From NCBI RefSeq assembly GCF_009914755.1, contig NC_060933.1: a DNA stretch of 64,000 nt; one strand, written 5' to 3'. The number at the start of each line of letters is the position of its first letter. Positions within the stretch are counted from its first letter, which is position 1. The notes below the pieces were generated by a model. That model saw only the letters and a list, made by a program, of their open reading frames with translations. It was not told the origin of the DNA and did not search any database. A program made the translations under genes and the position numbers. Origin of the DNA: the human T2T-CHM13v2.0 reference genome, Homo sapiens. Below, one piece after another: positions 56,401 to 64,000 of this stretch.

Positions 56401-59400
56401 ATGGAATTGAATGGAATGGAACGGAACGGAATGGAATGGATTGGAATGGAATGGAATGGAATGGAATGGAACGGAAAGGAATGGAATAGAATGGAATGGA
56501 ATGGAATGGAATGGAATGGAATCAACGCGAGTGCAGGGGAATGGAATGGAATGGAATGCAATGGAATGGAATCTTCCGGAATGGAATGGAATGGAATGGA
56601 ATGGAATGGAATGGAATTAACCCGAATACAATGGAATGGAATGGAATGGAACGGAATGGAGTTGAATGGAATGGAAGCAACCCGAGTGCAGGGGATTAGA
56701 ATGGAATGGAATGCAATGGAATGGAATCATCCGGAATGGAATGGAATGGAATGCAAAGCAATGGAATCAACTCGATTGCAATGGAATGGAATGGAATGGA
56801 AAGGAATACATTGGAATCAACCCGAGTGGAATGGAATGGAAAGGACTGGAATGGAGTGGAATGGAATGGAATGGAATGGAATGAAATCAACTCGATTGGA
56901 ATGGAATGGAATGGAATGGAATGGAATGGAATGGAATGGAATTATCCCGAATAGAATGGAGTGGAATGGAATGGAACGGAACGGAATGGAATGGAAAGGA
57001 ATGGAATGGAATGGAATGGAATGGAATCAACCCGACTGCAGGGGAATGGAATGGAATGGAATGCAATGGAATGGATTCAACTTGAATGGAATGGAAAGAA
57101 TGGAATCAACACGAGTGGAATGGCACGGATTGGAATGGAATGGAATGGAATCAACCCGAGTACAGGGGAATGGAATGGAATGGAATGCAATGGAATGGAA
57201 TCATCCGTAATGGAATGGAAAGGAATGGAATGGAATGGAATGGAATGGAATGGAATGCAATGGAATCAACTCGATTGCAATCGAATGGAATGGAATGGAA
57301 TTAACCCGAATAGAATGGAATGGAATGGAATGGAACAGAACGGAATGGAATGGATCGGAATGGAATGGAATGGAATGGAATGGAACGGAAAGGAATGCAA
57401 TGGAATGCAATGGAATGGAATGGAATGGAATGGAATGGAATCAACGCGAGTGCAGGGGAACGGAATGGAATGGAATGCAATGGAATGGAATCTTCCGGAA
57501 TGGAATGGAATGGAATGGAATGGAATGGAATAAACCCGAGTGCAATGGAATGGAGTGGAATGGAATGGAATGGAATGGAACAACCCGAATGGAACGGAAT
57601 GGAATGGAGAGTAAGGGAGTTGAATAGAATCAATCCGAATGTAATGGAATGGAATGGAAGGGAATGGAATGGAATGGAATGCAATGGAATGGAATGGAAT
57701 GCAATGGAATGGAATCAACCCGAGTGCAATCGAATGGAATCGAATGGAATGGAATGCAATGGAATGGATTCAACTTGAATGGAATGGAAAGAATGGAATC
57801 AACACGAGTGGAATGGCATGGATTGGAATAGAATGGAATAGAATCAATCCGAGTACAGGGGAATGGAATGGAATGGAATGCAATGGAATGGAATCATCCG
57901 TAATGGAATGGAAAGGAATGGAATGGAATGGAATGGAATGGAATGGAATGGAATGGAATGAACTCGATTGCAATCGAATGGAATGGAATGGAATTAACCC
58001 GAATAGAATGGCATGGAATGGAATGGAACGGAACGGAATGGAATGGAATGGAATGGAATGGAACGGAACGGAATGGAACGGAATGGAATGGAATGGAATG
58101 GAATGGAATGGAATGGAATGGAATCAACGCGATTGCAGGGGAATGGAATGGAATGGAATGCAATGGAATGGAATCTTCCGGAATGGAATGGAATGGAATA
58201 GAATGGAATGAAATGCAATGGATTCAACTCGATAGCAATGGAATGGAATAGAATGGAATGGAATGGAATGGAATGGAATGGAATGGAATTAACCCGAATA
58301 GAATGGAACGGAATGGAATGGAACGGAATGGAACGGAATGGAATGGAATGGAATGCAATGGAATGGTATGGAATGGAATGGAATGGTACGGAATAGAATG
58401 GAATGGAACGAATTGTAATGGAATGGAATTGAATGGAATGGAATGGAATGGAATGGAATGGAATGGAATGGAATCGTTCCGAGTGGAATAGGAGGGAATG
58501 TATTCGAGTGGAATGGAAAGGAATGGAATCAACCAGAGTGGAATGGAAAGGAATGGAATGGAATGGAAACTAAGAGAAAGGAATCAACCCGGGTGGAATG
58601 GAATGGAAAGGACTGGAATGGAAAGGAATGGAATGGAATGGAATGGAATGGAATGGAATGGAATGGAATGGAATGGAATCAACGCGAGTGCAGGGGAATG
58701 GAATAGAATCGAATGGAATGGAATGGAATGGAATGGAATCAACCCGAGTACAATGGAATGGAATGGAATGGAATGGAATGGAATGGAATGGAATGCAATG
58801 GAATGGAATCTTCCGGAATTGAATGGAATGGAATGGAATGGAATGCAATGGATTCAACTCGATTGCAATGGAATGGAATAGAATGGAATGGAATGGAATT
58901 AAACCGAATAGAATGGAATGGAATGGAATGGAACGGAACGGAACGGAGTGGAATGGAATGGAATGGAATTGTATGGAATGCAATGGAATGGTACGGAATA
59001 GAATGGAATGCAAAGAATTGGAATGGAATGGAATTGAATGGAATGGAATGGAATCAACCAGAGTGCAGGGGAATGTAATGGAACGGAATGCAATGGAATG
59101 GAATCATCCGGAATGGAATGGAATGCAACGGAATGAAATGGAATGGAATGGAATGGAATGGAATGCAATGGAATGGAATCAACCCGAGTACCATGGAATG
59201 GAATGGAATGGAATGGAATGGAATGGAATGGAATGGAATGGAATGGAATGCCTTCAAACCGAATGGAATGGAAAGGAATGGAATCAACACGAATGGAATG
59301 GAATGGAATAGAATGGAATGGAATGGAATGGAATGATACGGAATAGAATGGAATGGAACGAAATGGAATGGAATGGAATGGAATGGAATGGAATGGAATG

Positions 59401-60514
59401 GAATGGAATGGAATCGTTCCGAGTGGAATAGGAGGGAATGTATTCGAGTGGAATGGAAAGGAATGGAATCAACAAGAGTGGAATGGCAGGGAATGGAATG
59501 GAATGGAAACTAATAGAATGGAATCAACCCGAGTGGAATGGAATGGAAAGGACTGGAATGGAATGGAATGGAATGGAATCAACTCGATTGTAATGGAATG
59601 GAATGGAATGGAATGGAATGGAATGGAATTAACCCGAATACAATGGAATGCAATGGAATGGAACGGAATGGAGTGGCATGGAATGGAATCAAACCGAGTG
59701 CAGGGGAACGGAATGGAATGGAATGCAATGGAATGGAATCATCCGGAATGGAATGGAATGGAATGGAATGGAATCAACCCGAGTGCAATCGAATGGAGCG
59801 GAATAGAATGGAATGAACCCGAGTGCAGGGGAATGGAATGGAATGGAATGGAATGGAATGGAATCATCCGTAATGGAATGGAAAGGAATGGAATGGAATG
59901 GAATGGAATGGAATGGAATCAACACGATTGCAATGGAATGGAATGGAATGGAATTAACCCGAATAGAATGGAATGGAATGGAATGGAACGGAACGGATTG
60001 GAATAGAATGGAATTGAACGGAACGGAGTGGAATGGAATGGAATGGAATGGAATGGAATGGAATCAACGTGAGTGCAGGGGAATGGAATGGAATGGAATG
60101 CAATGGAATGGAATCTTCCGGAATGGAATGGAATGGAATGGAATGGAATGAAATGCAATGGATTCAACTCGATTGCAATGGAATGGAATAGAATGGAATG
60201 GAATGGAATGGAATGGAATTAATCCGAATTGAATGGAATGGAATGTAATGGAAAGGAATGGAACGGAATGGAATGGAATGGAATGGTATGGAATGGAATG
60301 GAATGGTACGGAATAGAATGGAATGGAACGAATTGTAATGGAATGGAATTGAATGGAAAGGAATGGAATGGAATGGAATCAACGAGAGTGCAGGGGAATG
60401 TAATGGAACGGAATGCAATGGAAAGGAATCATACGGAATGGAATGGAATGGAATGGAATGGTATGGAATCAACCCGAGTGCAATGGAATGGAGTGGAATG
60501 GAATGGAATGGAAT

Positions 60515-60600
60515 GCAATAGAATGGAATCAACTTGAGTACAATGGAATGGAATGGAATGGAATGGAATGCAATAGAATGGAATCAACTTGAGTACAATG
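60515..60600 (+). repeat. 55-bp local tandem duplication
   Basis: GCAATAGAATGGAATCAACTTGAGTACAATGG occurs at 60515 and 60570 and was not seen elsewhere. Confidence 0.85.
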
Positions 60601-62497
60601 GAATGGAATGGAATGGAATGGAATGGAATGGAATAAAATGGAATGATACGGAATAGAATGGAATGGAACGAAATGGAATGGAATGGAATGGAATGGAATG
60701 GAATCGTTCCGAGTGGAATAGGAGGGAATGTATTCGAGTGGAATGGAAAGGAATGGAATCAACCAGAGTGGAATGGAAGGGAATGGAATGGAATGGAAAC
60801 TAATAGAATGGAATCAACCCAAGTGGAATGGAATGGAAAGGACTGGAATGGAATGGAATGGAATAGAATCAACTCGATTGTAATGGAATGGATTGGAATG
60901 GAATGGAATGGAATGGAATGGAGTGGAATGGAATGGAATCAACCCGAGTGCAGGGGAATGGAATGGAATGGAATGCAATGGAATGGAATCATCCGGAATG
61001 GAATGGAATGGAATGGAATGCAAAGCAATGGAATCAACTCGATTGCAATGGAATGGAAAGGAATGGAAAGGAATACACTGGAATCAAGCCGACTGGAATG
61101 GAATGGAAAGGACTGGAATGGAGTGGAATGGAATGGAATGGAATGGAATGGAATCAACTCGATTGGAATGGAATGGAATGGAATGGAATGGAATGGAATG
61201 GAATGGAATTAACCCGAATAGAAAGGAATGGAATGGAATGGAATGGAAAGGAATGGAAGGGAATGGAATGGAATGGAATGGAATCAACCCGACTGCAGGG
61301 GAATGGAATGGAATGGAATGCAATGGAATGGATTCAACTTGAATGGAATGGAAAGAATGGAATCAACACGAGTGGAATGGCATGGATTGGAATGGAATGG
61401 AATGGAATCAACCCGAGTACAGGGGAATGGAATGGAATGGAATGCAATGGAATGGAATCATCCGTAATAGAATGGAAAGGAATGGAATGGAATGGAACGG
61501 AAAGGAATGGAATGGAATGGAATGGAATGCAACGGAAAGGAATGGAATGGAATGGAAAGGAATGGAATGGAATGGAATGGAATGGAATCAACGCGAGTGC
61601 AGGGGAATGGAATGGAATGGAATGCAATGAAATGGAATCTTCCGGAATGGAATGGAATGGAATGCAATGGAATGGAATCAACTCGATTGCAATCGAATGG
61701 AATGGAATGGAATTAACCCGAATAGAATGGAATGGAATGGAATGGAACGGAACGGAATGGAATGGAATGGAATGGAATGGAATGGAATGGAACGGAACGG
61801 AACGGAACGGAACGGAACGGAGTGGAATGGAATGGAATGGAATTGTATGGAATGGAATGGAATGGTACGGAATAGAATGGAATGGAAAGAATTGGAATGG
61901 AATGGAATCGAATGGAATGGAATGGAATCAACCCGAGTGCAGGGGAATGTAATGGAACGGAATGCAATGGAATGAAATCATCCGGAATGGAATGGAATGG
62001 AATGGAATGGAATGGAATGGAATGGAATGGAATGCAATGGAATCAACCCGAGTGCAATGGAATGGAGTTGAATGGAATGGAATGGAATGGAACAACCCGA
62101 ATGGAATGGAATGTAATGGAGAGTAAGGGAGTTGAATAGAATCAATCCGAATGTAATGGAATGGAACGGAATGGAATGGAATGGAATGGAATGGAATGCA
62201 ATGGAATGGAATCAACCCGAGTACAATGGAACGGAATGGAATGGAATGGAATGGAATGGAATGGAATGGAATGGAATGGAATCAACCCGAGTGCAATGGA
62301 ATGGAGAGGAATGGAATGGAATGGAATGGAAACTACCCGAATGGAATGGAATGTAATGGAGTGTAAGGGAGTTGAATAGAATCAATCCGAATGGAATGGA
62401 ATGGAATGGAACGGAATGTAATGGAATGGAATGGAATGCAATCAACCCGAGTGCAGGGGAATGGAATGGAATGGAATGCAATGGAATGGAATGGAAT

Positions 62498-63505
62498 CGT
62501 TCCGAGTGGAATAGGAGGGAATGTATTCGAGTGGCATGGAAAGGAATGGAATCAACCAGAGTGGAATGGAAGGGAATGGAATGGAATGGAAACTAATAGA
62601 ATGGAATCAACCCGAGTGGGATGGAATGGAAAGGACTGGAATAGAAAGGAATGGAATGGAATGGAGTGGAATGGAATGGAATGGAATGGAATGGAATGGA
62701 ATGGAATGGAATCAACGCGAGTGAAGGGGAATGGAATGGAATGGAATGGAATGGAATGCAATGGAATGGAATCAACCCGAGTGCAATCGAATGGAATCGA
62801 ATGGAATGGAATGCAATGGAATGGATTCAACTTGAATGGAAAGGAAAGAATGGAATCAACACGAGTGGAATGCCATGGATTGGAATGGAAAGGAATGGAA
62901 TCAACCCGAGTACAGGGGAATGGAATGGAATGGAATGCAATGGAAAGGAATCATCCGTAATGGAATGGAAAGGAATGGAATGGAATGGAATGGAATGGAA
63001 TGGAATGGAATGGAATGGAATGGAATCGTTCCGAGTGGAATAGGAGGGAATGTACACGAGTGGCATGGAAAGGAATGGAATCAACCAGAGTGGAATGGAA
63101 GGGAATGGAATGGAATGGAAACTAATAGAATGGAATCAACCCGAGTGGGATGGAATGGAAAGGACTGGAATGGAAAGGAATGGAATGGAATGGAATGGAA
63201 TGGAATGGAATGGAATGGAATGGAATCAACGCGAGTGAAGGGGAATGGAATGGAATGGAATGGAATGGAATGCAATGGAATGGAATCAACCCGAGTGCAA
63301 TCGAATGGAATCGAATGGAATGGAATGCAATGGAATGGATTCAACTTGAATGGAAAGGAAAGAATGGAATCAACACGAGTGGAATGCCATGGATTGGAAT
63401 GGAAAGGAATGGAATCAACCCGAGTACAGGGGAATGGAATGGAATGGAATGCAATGGAATGGAATCATCCGTAATGGAATGGAAAGGAATGGAATGGAAT
63501 GGAAT
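62498..63505 (+). repeat. ~0.52-kb tandem duplication
   Basis: CGTTCCGAGT occurs at 62498 and 63027 (offset 529, later 514). Shared private words are GAGTGGCAT, GAGTGGGAT, GAGTGAAGGGG, GGAAAGGAAAGAAT and GCCATGGATT. Confidence 0.9.
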
Positions 63506-64000
63506 GTAATGGAATGGAATGGAATGGAATCAACTCGATTGCAATCGAATGGAATGGAATGGAATTAACCCGAATAGAATGGAATGGAATGGAATGGAAC
63601 GGAACGGAATGGAATGGAATGGAATGGAATGGAACGGAAAGGAATGGAATAGAATGGAATCGAATGGAATGGAATGGAATGGAATGGAATCAACGGGAGT
63701 GCAGGGGAATGGAATGGAATCGAATGGAATGGAATGGAATGCAATGGAATGGAATCAACCCGAGTGCAGGGGAATGTAATGGAACGGAATGCAATGGAAT
63801 GGAATCATCCGGAATGGAATGAAATGGAATGGAATGGAATCAACCCGAGTGAAATGGAATGGAGTGGAATGGAATGGAATGGAATGGAACAACCCGAATG
63901 GAATGGAATGTAATGGAGAGTAAGGGAGTTGAAAAGAATCAATCCGAATGTAATGGAATGGAATGGAACGTAATGGAATGGAATGGAATGGAATGCAATG

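Larger units (their letters stand above)
1..64000 (+). repeat. Human Satellite III (HSat3) array, (GGAAT)n/(CATTC)n with CAACCCGAGT-type interruptions; pericentromeric heterochromatin
   Basis: The dominant pentamer is GGAAT throughout, with runs ended by CAACCCGAGT / CAACACGAGT / CAACGCGAGT / CAACTCGATT words, the established Satellite III signature. The G-rich strand is on + everywhere and no unique sequence is present. Confidence 0.97.
1..64000 (+). ncRNA. Potential template for stress-induced G-rich Satellite III long non-coding RNA (no start or end definable)
   Basis: Established knowledge: Sat III arrays, mainly 9q12, yield GGAAU-rich Pol II transcripts under HSF1. Here the G-rich strand is + and HSEs are present, but the sequence holds no direct evidence of transcription. 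Confidence 0.3.
28756..64000 (+). repeat. Diverged, non-periodic HSat3 zone made of the same modules in shuffled order
   Basis: The same words as upstream are present but with no constant period. Private substitutions begin abruptly at 28756 (CAACACTAGT, GTACAGAGG, CAACACAATT). Confidence 0.85.

Noticed and set aside
57790-61352. In-phase stretch of ~3.56 kb similar in length to the Y-chromosome DYZ1 unit
   Set aside because: The stretch is not tandemly repeated and the window shows no 3.56-kb period, so this is a length coincidence.
1-64000. CRISPR-like repeat/spacer alternation
   Set aside because: The 'spacers' are recurrent satellite words rather than unique sequences, repeat lengths vary, and there are no cas genes or leader.
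1-64000. Alpha satellite, CENP-B boxes, HSat2, Alu/L1 insertions or strand inversions
   Set aside because: There is no 171-bp monomer, no CENP-B box and no HSat2-type CATTCGATTC/GATGAT periodicity. I saw no poly-A or unique insert and no (CATTC)n run on the + strand.
1-64000. Definite assignment to chr9q12 (HSat3B5)
   Set aside because: The CAAC(C/A)CGAGT words are consistent with it but also occur in other HSat3 arrays. Assignment needs k-mer mapping to a T2T assembly, which I cannot run.

Overview
The whole 64 kb is one uninterrupted, single-orientation array of human-type classical Satellite III (HSat3): (GGAAT)n on the + strand punctuated by CAAC(C/A/G/T)CGAGT-type words. It resembles the 9q12-type satellite, but the chromosome cannot be fixed from sequence alone. 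I see no genes, transposons, alpha satellite or inversions, and all ORFs in the track are translations of the pentamer. The array has three layers: a nearly identical 5,588-bp higher-order repeat (1 to ~14.95 kb, ~2.7 copies in view), a ~4,733-4,743-bp repeat in about 3 copies (~14.55-28.75 kb), and a diverged mosaic zone (28.75-64 kb) with older dispersed and tandem duplications. All layers are built from a small set of conserved word-modules. The most interesting signals are ~50 perfect three-unit heat-shock elements (gGAAtcTTCcgGAAt) whose variants mostly spare the GAA/TTC cores, a recurrent 14-bp palindrome, a pentamer register that only ever slips by -1 at stereotyped words, and a ~2-kb island with a different word vocabulary. 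All counts and coordinates were read by eye and should be confirmed computationally.
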